Position numbers and translations under genes: made by a program. 64,000 nucleotides of DNA from Glycera tridactyla (lineage: Eukaryota), in contig OZ286459.1 of NCBI GenBank assembly GCA_965644265.1, forward strand, positions 34,906,001 through 34,970,000, read 5' to 3'. Below the pieces are notes generated by a model. The model made no database searches. It saw only the letters and a program-made list of their open reading frames with translations, and was not told the origin of the DNA. Each line of letters starts with the position of its first letter. Position 1 is the first letter of the stretch. This document shows, in pieces, positions 24,601 through 36,554 of this stretch.

Positions 24601-27600
24601 AATCCGGCATAACAGCAAACTGCTATCATATCAATCCGGCATCACAGTAAACTGCTATCATATCAATCTGACATCACAGCAAACTGCTATCATATCAATC
24701 CGACATCACAGCAAACTGCTATCATATCAATCCGGCATAACAGCAAACTGCTATCATATCAATCCGGCATCACAGTTAACTGCTATCATAACAATCCAAC
24801 ATCACAGTAAACTGCTATCATATCAATCAGGCATCACAGTAAACTGCTATCATATCAATCCGGCATCACAGTAAACTGCTATCATATCAATCCGGCATCA
24901 CAGCAAACTGCTATCATATCAATCTGGCATCACAGTAAACTGCTATCATATCAATCCAACATCATAGCAAACTGCTATCATATCAATCCAGCATCCCAGT
25001 AAACTGCTATCATATCAATCCGGCATCACAGTAAACTGCTATCATATCAATCCGGCATCACAGTAAACTGCTATCATATCAATTCGGCATCACAGTAAAC
25101 TGCTATCATATCAATCTGGCATCACAGTAAACTGCTATCATATAAATCCAACATCATAGCAAACTGCTATCATATCAATCCAGCATCCCAGTAAACTGCT
25201 ATCATATCAATCCGGCAGAACAGTAAACTGCTATCATATAAATCCGGCATAACAGCAAACTGCTATCATATCAATCCGGCATCACAGTAAACTGCTATCA
25301 TCTCAATCCGGCATCACAGTAAACTGCTATCATATCAATTCGGCATCACAGTAAACTGCTATCATATAAATCCGGCATCACAACAAACTGTTATCATATC
25401 AAATTGCTTTTACATCGATTACATCTTTTGTCAAATCACTGTTGTATTTTTCTTCTATCATATCAACCTGCTGTTATATCAAACTGCTATTCTAATGATC
25501 TGCCCTCTAATTGAATTGCTCCCATACTAAAGTCCTCTCATTTCAAACTGCCATCATATCAGACTGCTCTCATACCAAACTGCTCCCATATCAAACTTCT
25601 ACCATATCAAACCGCTCTCATACCAAACTGCTATCATATTAGACTGCTCCCATATTGAACTGTTCCCACATTAAACTGTCATATTAAACTGTTCCCATAT
25701 CAAACTGCTCCCATATCAAACTGCTCCCATATTAAACTGCTCCCATATTAAATTGTTCCCATATCAAACTGCTCCCATATTAAACTGCTCTCATATCAAA
25801 CTGCTCCCATATCAAACTGTTCCCATATCAAACTGTCCCCATACCAAACTGCTATCATATCAAACTGCTCTCATATCAAACTGCTATCATATTAGACTGC
25901 TCCCATATTGAACTGTTCCCACATTAAACTGTCATATTAAACTGTTCCCATATCAAACTGCTCTCATATCAAACTGCTCCCATATTAAACTGTTCCAATA
26001 TTAAACTGTTCCTATATGAAACTGTTCCCATATCAAACTGCTCTCATATCAAACTGCTGCCATATTAAACTGTTCCCATATTAAACTGTTCCCATACAAA
26101 ACTGTTCCCATATCAAACTGCTTCCATATCAAACTGCTCTCATATCAAACTGATGCCATATTAAACTGTTCCCATATCAAACTGCTTCCATATCAAACTG
26201 CTCTCATATCAAACTGATGCCATATTAAACTGTTCCCATATCAAACTGTCCCCATACCAAACTGCTCTCATATCAAACTGCTGCGATATTAAACTGTTCC
26301 CATATTAAACTGTTCCTATATCAAACTGTTCCCATATCAAACTGCTCTCATATCGAACCGCTGCCATATTAAACTGTTTCCATATTAAACTGTTCCCATA
26401 TTAAACTGTTCCCATATCAAACTGTTCCCATATCAAACTGCTTCCATATCAAACTGCTCTCATATCAAACTGTTCCCATATTAAACTGTTCCCATATTGA
26501 ACTGTTCCCATATCGAACTGCTTCCATATCAAACTGCTATGGAATCAAATTTATCTCTCATCAAACCGCTATCAAATCAAACAGCTAGCACAAAAAGCTG
26601 CTGGCACATCAACCTGCCAGCATACCAAATGCTATCATATCAAAAAACTATCACTTCCACATAATAGTGGTATCACACCAAACTATACATTGATAACAAA
26701 CTACTATCATATGATAGCTTGACATGCTAGCAGCTTGATGTGCTAGCAAATTGATGTGGCAGCAGTTTAACATGATAGCAATTTGATGTGCTAGCAGCTT
26801 GATATTATAGCAGTTTGATGTGCTAGTAGACTGGTACGTTAGCAAATTGATGTACTAGCAGTTTGCTCTGCGAGCAGATGAAGAGGACATGTGTCCTCTA
26901 AATAGGTTATAACGGAAGTGATCATTCATGAGAATCACATTCGGAGATCTGAAGAGAATATATGATCAAGGTCAACTCTTTGCTATGTCTGGACGGGTGG
27001 TTGAATGCATGCAGACGAGGGTGTCTGCATGGATGAATAGGCAGATGCATGGATGCATGCACAGATGCATGCGTGTATGGTGGTTGAATGAATGGATGGA
27101 GCGATGGACGTAGGAATGGCAAGTTGATAGAAGGGCGGATAAAGAGCTAAGTGGAGAAAGGATGGATGGATGGATGAATGATTGATAAAGAAAAAGATGA
27201 ATAAATGGATGGATGGATGGATGGATGGATGGATGGATGGATGGATGGACGAACGGATGGATGGATGGATGGATGGGGTAATTAACCATGTGATCATCCG
27301 GTCATTTTCACTCAAACTGGATCGAATGGATAATTTGGGAGTGGAACAAAAAATTCACAAGTGATGCCAGAATGGAGTAATCCCAAAAGAAATTTGGCTA
27401 AAGTACGAATGATTTGACCGAAAGTGGGACAGGACACACCAAATTGACCTCTGCTGAGTGGGTGAGAGAGATTAGAGGTAATCGACAAACTTACAGTGAT
27501 CTTGCATTTCTGGACGTCAAATGGGAAGAACTGCATATTGAGCGTACATGAGGAGTGGAAGACAGCGGTCACCTTCCAGTAAACGCCACCATCATATGCA

Positions 27601-28728
27601 AAAATCACAGGGAAGAACTGCTCCCAATTCTCGTCCCGTACAACTCCAACACTGCAAACACACAAGTTTGTTTGTTTGTCAGGGTTTAACATCCCCTCGG
27701 GCTGTTTGGCTTACATCAGACTGAAAAAACTGAAAATGCTGAAGAACTGAGGCATCACTGGTGGGGGCAGTCCCTACTTTTAGCAAAGGACAGCAGCGGT
27801 TCTCTCACATGCATACAGTAATAGACTCCCATACACACGGCTAGCCTTTGATATCCTAGTCGGCATGCACTGGGTTTGGGAGTGGGACGAGAATCTAGGA
27901 CGATATATGGAATGATGATGGTATGGCCATTTTCTCTTTATATGAAATAAGATTCTGGTTTGAGAACGAAATTTCATACATGCCTCAGTTCATCGACATT
28001 TCACAACCACTCTCTAAAAGCAAGGATATACGCTAGGAGTGATGCGATAGTCCTAACCAAATCTGATCAAAGATGGTGGCATGAAAATATAATGACACTA
28101 CTAGAAAATTATAGTGGTTGCATGCAACATAAGATAAGCCTTTTGTATATCTGCTCTAATATTGACAGACATTCTATTCACGTTTACGCCAGATGCCCCG
28201 AATCACTGACCAGGGTTGCCTACTGACTCATGATTGAATAAATATCAAAATAAAATTCGTGACTTTATACAGATCACTGAGACCCTGCTGAGGTATCACT
28301 AGTTGATCGGTTCAAATTTAACGTCACATCAGCTGTTAGCCCCATGCAATGGGCATGAGAGTGATCATTCAAGACTCATTCAAGATTCCTGGCCCCTAAC
28401 TGCAGGTTAAATGATATGAAATTTAGAGACTCACAAGGTATCATCTCATCCTTGCTGAGGTATCATCTTTAACAGGTGTTAACATGTGGATATCCACTTG
28501 TGAGAATGTGATATGCACTTTGTGGGATGATTTCCAAATGAAGAAAGAATCACAAGCTGAGAAGAGGTGCCAGAGGCTGTTTACCTGTTAATGAGCCCGA
28601 TTTGTGGTACCCAAGATTGGGAGGCTGTTAAAGTGCTCAACATGATACCTCCGTAGTCGTCCGGATTCCACACCAGATGTACATCATCCCAATGCTGGAA
28701 ACAACCATAAATGGATTGCAACTCGAGA

Positions 28729-28817
<89 letters not shown>

Positions 28818-31800
28818 CCACCCACCTGTCCGTCGATACCCATCCATCGACCGATACACACTCCCACCAACCGATCCACCTACCCCACCCACCCACCCAA
28901 CCTTCCATCCATCCATCCATCCATCCATCCATCCACCTATCCACCCACCCACAGATCTGAAACTGGGAAACACTTTCTGAGGATAACTAACAAATGTCTT
29001 CACTCATGAACAGGCTACGTCAAATCAGCCTTGCAGTCATATATCGTTATGGGCAGTGAACAATAATACCACCTACCATTGTCAACTCGACAGACGTAGA
29101 CAGGACCTGGTTGCGTCCATCCTAAAATATAAGCATACTCAGGTGGGTAAGGATGAGATCATCCAAGACTCTTCCTTCTTGGTCTCCAGTGGAAGGTGAA
29201 TATGTATGAAATGTTATCATTTTTGTGATTGGAGTATCGAAAGTGGGGATATTACCAGTTCGATGATCTGCAGGAGATGCATGGAGATGGTGAGATCGAG
29301 AGGGCGGTTGTCGGCTGAGGGCAGGGTGGCTTTATAACCCGACATCAGATCATCAAATAGCAAGTCATACGGGGTGGTCACTGAAATTAAAAGTTCACAG
29401 TATACAAGCAATAGTGGCAGGTTACAATGAAAAGGAGAGCACCAAGGCGCAAAGTGGAGAAATTGCACAATCGGTATTGCTCATGGTGAAAGTGCCTGCT
29501 TAGAATTGCAAGATTTTAAATAGATGGCATTCACAGATTTGACCAATTATCAGCAGTCCATACTGAAATTGAAATGGTACATAGCTTTACAACAGATGGT
29601 TAGAAATGGTCAAATATTACAGATATGATAAGACCGCCAGAACAAGATAATTGCAGATATTGTCTGGGTAAATAGTATAGAGAAAATCTATTCTAAGCTA
29701 GTGGTTTCATCTATTCTAGATGTTTGAGAGATCATTCATAATTAGGGTCAGATAAGGACAAGAGAAGAAGGTTGCAAGTAAACCAGAGCTTCGTGTATGT
29801 ATAAAACAGAAGGAGGCTAATGAACTAATATCCTGTATGCAGTGGGGGCTGACACAAAATCAAAAAGCCCTTGAAGCCAAGTTCCCTTGCGTGACACTCC
29901 CGATTGAGTTTGACAAAGAGCTGGAAGCGAGATGCTTATGATATGTGATGAGGGCAAAATTGAGGATGAGGTTCATTTCGCGTTAGGCTGCCCTGCATAT
30001 GTGGAGACAGGATGTAGCATATTGGGACACATGAAGATCTTGAACATTTTCACAGTCTTAAGCGACATTGGTGAGTTGAAGTGCAAATGCAAAATGCGAA
30101 ATATGAAGTTGTCAGGCCGATTCCTGATAGAGATCGGGGGGGGGGGAGAATCTCTATTTGTCCTATATTATCACCTGTATAAAACAACCTGAAACTTAAG
30201 AGAAATGACACCTTGAGTGTCTGTGAATTTCACAAATTTTCGCCTTCTGTTAGGGATCCAGAAGGAGGAGTCTTGAATGATCCCACCCATGCCCATTGCA
30301 TGGGCGTCACAATATAGCCCAGATGGAGCGGACGTGACGTTAAACCCCCAACAAAACAAACAAACAACCTGGAACTCATTCTCAAAACACTAACATCAAA
30401 TATAGAAAATCCCATAACCATCCACTGATCATGGTTCCAGTATCGGGCCCTGTTCACTGACAAATCTGGAATCAGTTATGTACAAAAATTGTGCATTGGA
30501 TTACAACCTAAGCATAGATCCATGCTTATCACACGATCTTGTTTATAGAAAAGTAAACTGAGATATCACATGTAATCACAGAACCCACGAGATCAAACAG
30601 AAAGCAATACCTGGGTGGCTGGGGGAGGGTTACATTGCCATACAACCGGCCTGAACCAGGTGGGAATGAAGCCACGTGGTGGGTAGAAATCGACTGATCT
30701 CTCGGGCAACAATCAGTCGTCGTGTACCTAGCTCAAACACTAATGATTTCTGTCATAATCAACGCCAACTCTACTCAGGGATCTCATCACTACGGGGATG
30801 GTTGATTGATTGAGCGTTATCTGTGCTATATTGAGAGGCCCATGCAATGAGTATAGGTGGGATCATTCAAGACCCCTTCTGGGTTCAATGCGGTGGTATA
30901 CTTTGTAAATGAAATGTGTGGATGTTGCACAGGCATTCTGTTTGGTTAGAGCAAATGTGTTGTGTCCTCTGTCTAACATGAGCATGATGAATTCAACGAT
31001 TGCATACATAATTATGTGACTGACTGGGAACTGACATCCAAGCCTAGCAAATGAGCCAATGGTTTCATTTCAAGCAAGTTGAAGTACTTGATTTTTTTTT
31101 TGATTTTTTTATTTGAGGTTTGACGGCATGTATCAATCCTAGTGTTATATGCCGCGTTTTTGTGGCTGATGAAAGCTAGATGTTCTCTTCCCTGATGATG
31201 GGGAACCTGAAAGGTTGTCAAGTGGAAGTAGCTGACAGCTCAGACACACCTCTACCTACTCTACATAAACATCATCATCATCACGTTGGATCTCCTCGGA
31301 CGATAATGGCATGCCAGACTTTGCAGTCTTTTATGCACGACTTGATTCCAGCTGCAGATCACATTCCTGTGTCTTGTCTCAGTTGACAAAGGTGTATTGT
31401 TCTTCACCATGTGGTGCTGCCCCATGGGCCGGCTCTCATCGGATGAGGTTGCTGACTGCCAGTTCCTGGTGTAGCATGCATTGTTCAGCCATTTTGAGGC
31501 AGTTAGTTCTAATTTTCCTGGAGTCTTGAGGGAGTTCACCATACAGAATCTCATTCCGGACATGATCTTTCCATGAGTCATTTAAGGCCATTCTGAGCAT
31601 GCATGTGAACACTCATCGAGCCTTGCTTCATGTTCCATAGTGAGTGTCCAAGCTTCTAAGCCATAACGCAGGATAGATTCAACTTTCGCAACAAAGCTAC
31701 CTCTTGCGGCTATCAGCCATGCCAGACTGCCACATATTCTTAAGTTTATGAAGAGCAAGCCAAGCTTGACAGTTTGTAATTGAACAGATTGGTCGAGTAT

Positions 31801-33621
31801 CCTATGAATCTAATGCTTTTCCTTGTGTCAAGTGCTGCGCTTCGCAAAAAAAAACATTGCTATCAGGCTTGAGTGTTATCATCCAGCCAGTTACATATTC
31901 AGATATGCCATCATTAGATTCGGTCTTTTATGAAGAGTAGGTAGAGGTGTGTCTGAACTGTCAACTACTTCCATCTGACAACCTTCCAGGTTCCCCACTA
32001 TCTTGTCTTCAAGGCTTGTGAGAGAGATGTCTGCAGGGAAGAGAAAACCTAGCTTTCATTGACTACGAACACACGGCTTACATAACCCTAGGGTTGATAC
32101 TTGCCTTTAAACCTCAAACAAACAGACGAGCTTTCCGTATTCTTATGTCTTTCCCTGATGTGCTGATGTAGGAGCTAAGGTATTTAAAGTCTGCTTTCAC
32201 TGCTAGGACTGACTTGTTGAATGTCTCAGACTTCTTTGAGTTGAGTCTCAGTCCCACTTGTCTGCATCCCTGCTCTACACTCATGGGCGACTGTTGTGCC
32301 AACTCGATAATGTCAGATACCAGTGATGTCGTCTGCAATGTCTAGGTCAGTTTGTTTCATGGGCCAAACTTTTCTGCTTTTCCTCGGAGTCAGTATGAAG
32401 CCATATTGGTGCCAATTTGTCTCCCTGTAGAACACCTGCCAGTATGGAGAAAGTGACGAGGATGAGTCGTATTCTGTGTGTTCAGATTCATCCTGTTGAA
32501 GACTAGTACTGAACTGAGACTGATACCTCTGTAGTTGTCAGTCTTGGTTATGTCTCCAGTTTTAGGGATAGTTATGATTTTGAGTACTGTCCACTTTTTG
32601 TGAGTTCTTGGTCTATGTGTGCCTTGTTACATGATATATAGAGTACAAGGTCATCGACATGGGCCCAGCCACCTACACCTGAGACCATTTCACTGACAGA
32701 ACAAGAAAAGCCTAGGATGGAACAGAAGTGAAGAAAGAGACCTGTAAATGGTCGAGTGAAAAATATTGAATAACAAATGTCTGATAATCAAGAAAACATA
32801 TTCTATCCTGCACACCACGGACCTACATTAGATACGTCCATGTCCACACCAAAAGCTATTCAGAAAAAAGAGAGGGATGGTGCTACACCTAGGCCAGATC
32901 CCCCATGATGGCAACACTTCATAGTGAATGTCCCACACCCAATGGTGACTGCCAGCTATAGAGACCCTGGTCCTCAACCCTATCCACACGTTGTGGGCAG
33001 TGAGCCATATGCAATATTCATGGAGTTGAATAATCCCAGCTCTCAGCAGCGAATGTCAATAGACTGACAATTACTGGACGCCTGTGATGAATATCAATTG
33101 CTGACCAGTCGATAACTTGAATTGTTATAAATTACATCACTCGTTCACGGCATCATGGACATACCAAGTATTGAAGAAATACATGATAAGGGAAATCTAC
33201 CGATTGGAAATTTCATCGTGAGATATATAGATATATCTCCGTTGCAAGGGCTTTTATGTGAACAATAGCTATGTGGGAACTGGTCGAACTTGTCTCAAGT
33301 ATGATGCCATGATCAAAATCAATCCAGGATCGGTATCATGAACGATGGGTCTTCTCCAGGGTGTAAAGATGTGAATACTATTGCGATAATGAAAAAGTTC
33401 ATGATCAGTACAGGTTAATGACAGCGGGTAATACGTTGGTGGCATGGACAGAAGTAATGCATTGGCTAGGGTGAAGTCGACGATATATTCATACAATACC
33501 TAAGAAATAGATGGCCCATCACCAGCGTGCGCTGTCTAGAACACTCACCATTCATGGCTTGAGATGATGATACCTGCAGTAGAATCACCAGTAGGAGAAG
33601 GCTACAGTGTATGCCCTTCAT
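18186..33621 (-). CDS. Divergent nAChR-like Cys-loop ligand-gated cation channel subunit, copy B; 8 coding exons: 33549-33621, 29256-29380, 29077-29121, 28585-28694, 27495-27651, <23664-23788, 20364-20602, 18186-18691
   Basis: Exons join with GT-AG ends and compatible phases (junction 6/7 lies in a gap). The product has a signal peptide, N-terminal helix, the 45-bp and 110-bp exons typical of nAChR genes, Cys-loop [15 protein letters not shown] (C-x13-C), pre-M1 RKP, M2 [24 protein letters not shown]3, MA helix/M4 ([13 protein letters not shown]) and a TAG stop. No stops or frameshifts in the visible exons. Confidence 0.93.
20364..20602 (-). CDS. Copy B exon 7 (beta10, M1, M2, M2-M3 loop)
   Basis: 239 bp; acceptor cttcctag, donor GTAAGT; [14 protein letters not shown]...[33 protein letters not shown]. 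Confidence 0.95.
21561..21616. repeat. (GA)n microsatellite
   Basis: Direct reading. Confidence 0.97.
22199..22596 (+). repeat. 50-bp minisatellite, 8 copies
   Basis: ttaggaacac recurs every 50 bp from 22203 to 22553. Confidence 0.96.
23664..23788 (-). CDS. Copy B exon 6, partial ([41 protein letters not shown]...), 3' end lost in N-gap 23420-23663
   Basis: Phase-0 acceptor ctgtag; aligns to loop B, loop F and beta9 (canonical FGSWTY...NGEW). Confidence 0.85.
23815..25402 (+). repeat. 32-bp minisatellite, ~50 copies (aaactgctatcatatcaatccgacatcacagc)
   Basis: Period of 32 read from successive tgctatcata positions (23821, 23853...). Confidence 0.96.
25540..26868. repeat. 16-bp minisatellite (caaactgytcccatat), degenerating rightward and inverting after ~26710
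   Basis: Period 16; reverse-orientation units (gatgtgctagcagttt-like) from 26711 to 26868. Confidence 0.9.
27160..27275. repeat. (GGAT)n tetranucleotide repeat
   Basis: Direct reading. Confidence 0.95.
27495..27651 (-). CDS. Copy B exon 5, containing loop E and the Cys-loop
   Basis: 157 bp; acceptor gtttgcag, donor GTAAGT; [17 protein letters not shown]. Confidence 0.95.
28585..28694 (-). CDS. Copy B exon 4 ([36 protein letters not shown])
   Basis: 110-bp exon with W..D..L.WNP.DYGG and WxP motifs; acceptor gtttccag, donor GTAAAC. Confidence 0.94.
28728..28950. repeat. (TC)n microsatellite followed by (CCAT)n/CCAC tract, next to the exon 4 acceptor
   Basis: Direct reading. Confidence 0.95.
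29077..29121 (-). CDS. Copy B exon 3 ([15 protein letters not shown])
   Basis: 45-bp AG/GT-bounded exon equivalent to the canonical nAChR DEKNQ...WLQM exon; missed by the ORF track. Confidence 0.92.
29256..29380 (-). CDS. Copy B exon 2 ([42 protein letters not shown])
   Basis: 125 bp; acceptor ttttaatttcag, donor GTAATA; alpha1 helix and beta1 strand of a pLGIC extracellular domain. Confidence 0.92.
30190..30367 (+). mobile_element. SINE-like family 1 copy, best-preserved example; ~15 copies or fragments between 575 and 39909
   Basis: Consensus ...gagtcttgaatgatcccacccatgcccattgcatgggcgtcacaatatagcac...gacgtgacgttaaacc + (AAAC)n tail; copies near 575, 13000, 13420, 19435, 20180, 28310, 30810, 33945, 34105, 34590, 38040, 38455, 38565, 39525, 39830. 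Confidence 0.7.
33549..33621 (-). CDS. Copy B exon 1, signal peptide [24 protein letters not shown]
   Basis: Hydrophobic N-terminus ending at phase-1 donor G|GTGAGT; homologous to 12619-12691. An in-frame upstream ATG lies at 33639. Confidence 0.85.
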
Positions 33622-35804
33622 CTGGGTGGTCACCGCCATCAGAACGTCTGGTAGTATCTAAGCAGAGGATTCCGGCAGGTTTGCTTCACTACAGATGTAT
33701 CAACATGTATCAACCCGGAGGATTATGTCTGCCGTGTGTTCCTCATCAATGATATCCACCAATGAGGTTATATATGTATAGGAGAGAGGTCACTGGCTGC
33801 ATATACACTCCTGTATTCATTTACCGTGTAATGTGTGTGCAGGGGGGGGGGGGGGGGTCAACACCGAGAGCTAATATCCTGGCAGTGCACCACCCAGCAA
33901 ATTGCTGCATATTGATCTTGCATCTGCTAGAGGCAAGTTGATCGGTGGGTTGTTTGTTTTATCACCCATGAACGTTACCTATGCTATATTAAGACACCAA
34001 TGCGATGGGCATGGGTGGGATCATTCGACTACCCCTACTGGGTTCCCAAGCGAAGATGAAAAGCTGTCCTTTTGGAGATCAGGATTGTTAATTTAGTTGA
34101 TTCTCGTTGAACGTCACGTCAGCTCCTTTCATGCTATATTGTGACGACCATGTAAAGGGCATGGTGGGATCATTCAAGACTCCTCCTTCTGGGACCACAA
34201 AAGAAGGCGAAAATTCATGAAGTTCATGGACACTCCAGGTGTCTTTTCTGTAATTGAAAATGTCGACCATGGTGCTACCCTGTGAACATGAGATAGATTC
34301 ACAGGTTCCACTAGGTCATTTGATTATGGCCACTGTGTCACGCAGTGAAGATGAGATCATTCCACTAAACCAGTGTATCCGCACGAACATGTGATCAACT
34401 AATAACCAAGACTAACACATGTACCTAATTAAGTAAACTAACCACTCGTGGCCGCCATAAAAAGCTCCGCGAGCTAACAGCGGAATATTTATGTAAATAT
34501 GTTACGAGTATAAATAAAGAGTTTTGAATTGAATTGAATTGAATCACAAGCCCTCAATATAGGCTGGCTTGTGAGTACCGAGATGGCAATATTGAGATGA
34601 TTGTGCATTGGGATCATTCAAGACTCTCCCATCTGGGTCCCTGACAGGTGATATGATATGAAAATCAGACGCACGGATGTCTCCAAATGTATACTGACTG
34701 AAAGCGGACAGCTGAGTCTAAAACGATGTCTCTCAAAGGAGTAGAAGATGGTCAAATGTGCTTCAAAGGCAATCTGCCCACAAAATCCACCCCGGGGCTC
34801 TGATCCGATATGGGTGTGTTCGCAAATGTGGTGCCCGTTAGTGATCGCGTATGTCCACTCATTTCTTTCATGAACAAAACGTCACAAACTCATCCAAAAC
34901 ACCTACAAGTGTGCCACTTTATGTTTTAGCATCCGCGGAATACGAATATCACGTCTATTTTGAGGAAAAACAAGGACTTCTCACTACAATCGCCTGCAAT
35001 ACCGGCAGGAGATGGCCATTTTCGAAGAACACATACCAACTTTTCAACTTTGAAAATTCATATCTCAGCTTGTAATCAATGTAATTTCACAAATCGGGTG
35101 TCTATTGAAAGAAAACACCCTATATTTAACAAGCTTACTCAGTATGCGCCTGTCAGATGCTGAGAAAAAAATATATCCAACATAGAAAAGATCGTAACAT
35201 TTATCGAGCCCCTGTTACGGCACAAAACGACCTTGAGCCCATCCATTATTCCATGGAATAGTTTCCCATTCGATGTTTTTTCTTAAAGATGGTGATTTCG
35301 TATATATCATACCCAAAAATCCCCTCAAAATTCTGAGAATATCCAATTCAAAACATGGGATAAGGAAATGTCCAGATAAAAAGCTGTTACGATCCTAAAT
35401 TTTCCCCCCTTGTCTAATCATACAAAATAAGTATCAGAGGAGAACAATCTGCATACACTTGCTTTCTCTACAGTGCCATCTTCCCGAAAATACAAGTGGT
35501 CTTGACCCTGCAAACACTGGAGAAGTTTCTCTCCTTCAAGAAAGTCAAGTGTCTTAAATTGTCCTATGTTACGACTGCGATGTCCAAAGATGTCCTGTTA
35601 CGATTTTCTGCATCATGGTTTATTGAAAGATTTCACGAGGAAAACTTGCTTTGATGAATTTTTGAATGGTAATTGTCGGCTGCTGGTACCATCAGCTGTC
35701 AGAATAGTCATAGTAAGTTGTCGTAACCGGTCGTAACTGAGACATTAGCAGTGTGTTGTAACTGAGACAGTGAATAGGACACTGTGTTGAAATCGAGACA
35801 ATCC

Positions 35805-36545
35805 TATTTTCACCAACCTTCACCTTCACTGACCACCCACACTCACTCAGACTCACCATCCACACTCACCACCTACTCACCCACTCACCCACACTCACCA
35901 CCTACACCCATCACCCAAACCCATCTCACTCACCACCCACACTCACTACCCACTCTCACCACCCACACTCACCCCATTCACCACCCACACTCACCCTTAC
36001 TCACCACCCACACCCATCTCACTCACCACCAACACTCACTACCCGCTCACCACCCGCACTCACCCTCACTCACCACCCACACTCACCCTCGATCACCACC
36101 CACACTCACCCCATTCATAACCCACACTCACCACCCACACCCATTTCACTCACCACACACACTCACTACCCACACTCACCACCCACACCCATCTCACTCA
36201 CCACCCACACTCACCACCCACACTCACCATCCAGATCCATTTCACTCACAACCCACACCCATCTCACTCACCAACCACACTCTCCACCTACACCCACCAA
36301 CAACACTCACCACCCACACCCATCTCACTCACCACACTCACCACCACCCACACTCACTCCCCACCCATACTCACCCCATTCACCACCAACACTCACCACC
36401 TACACCCATCTCACTCACCACACACATTCACTACCCACACTCACCACCCACACTCACCACTCACCATTCACCTACCACCCACACTCACCACCAATACTCA
36501 TCCTCACTCACCACCCACACTCACCCCAGTAATTACCCACACTCA
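35805..36545. repeat. C/A-rich low-complexity array (ccacccacactca-like units)
   Basis: Explains the spurious Thr/His/Pro-rich 293-aa ORF. Confidence 0.92.
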
Positions 36546-36554
36546 CTGTGTAGT

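Noticed and set aside
22199-26868. Regular repeats that could be mistaken for CRISPR arrays
   Set aside because: Head-to-tail units with no unique spacers, inside introns of a eukaryotic gene, with no cas genes.
35560-35773. Possible CACTG transposon end with tgttacga/tcgtaac subterminal motifs
   Set aside because: No matching opposite terminus found in the window.
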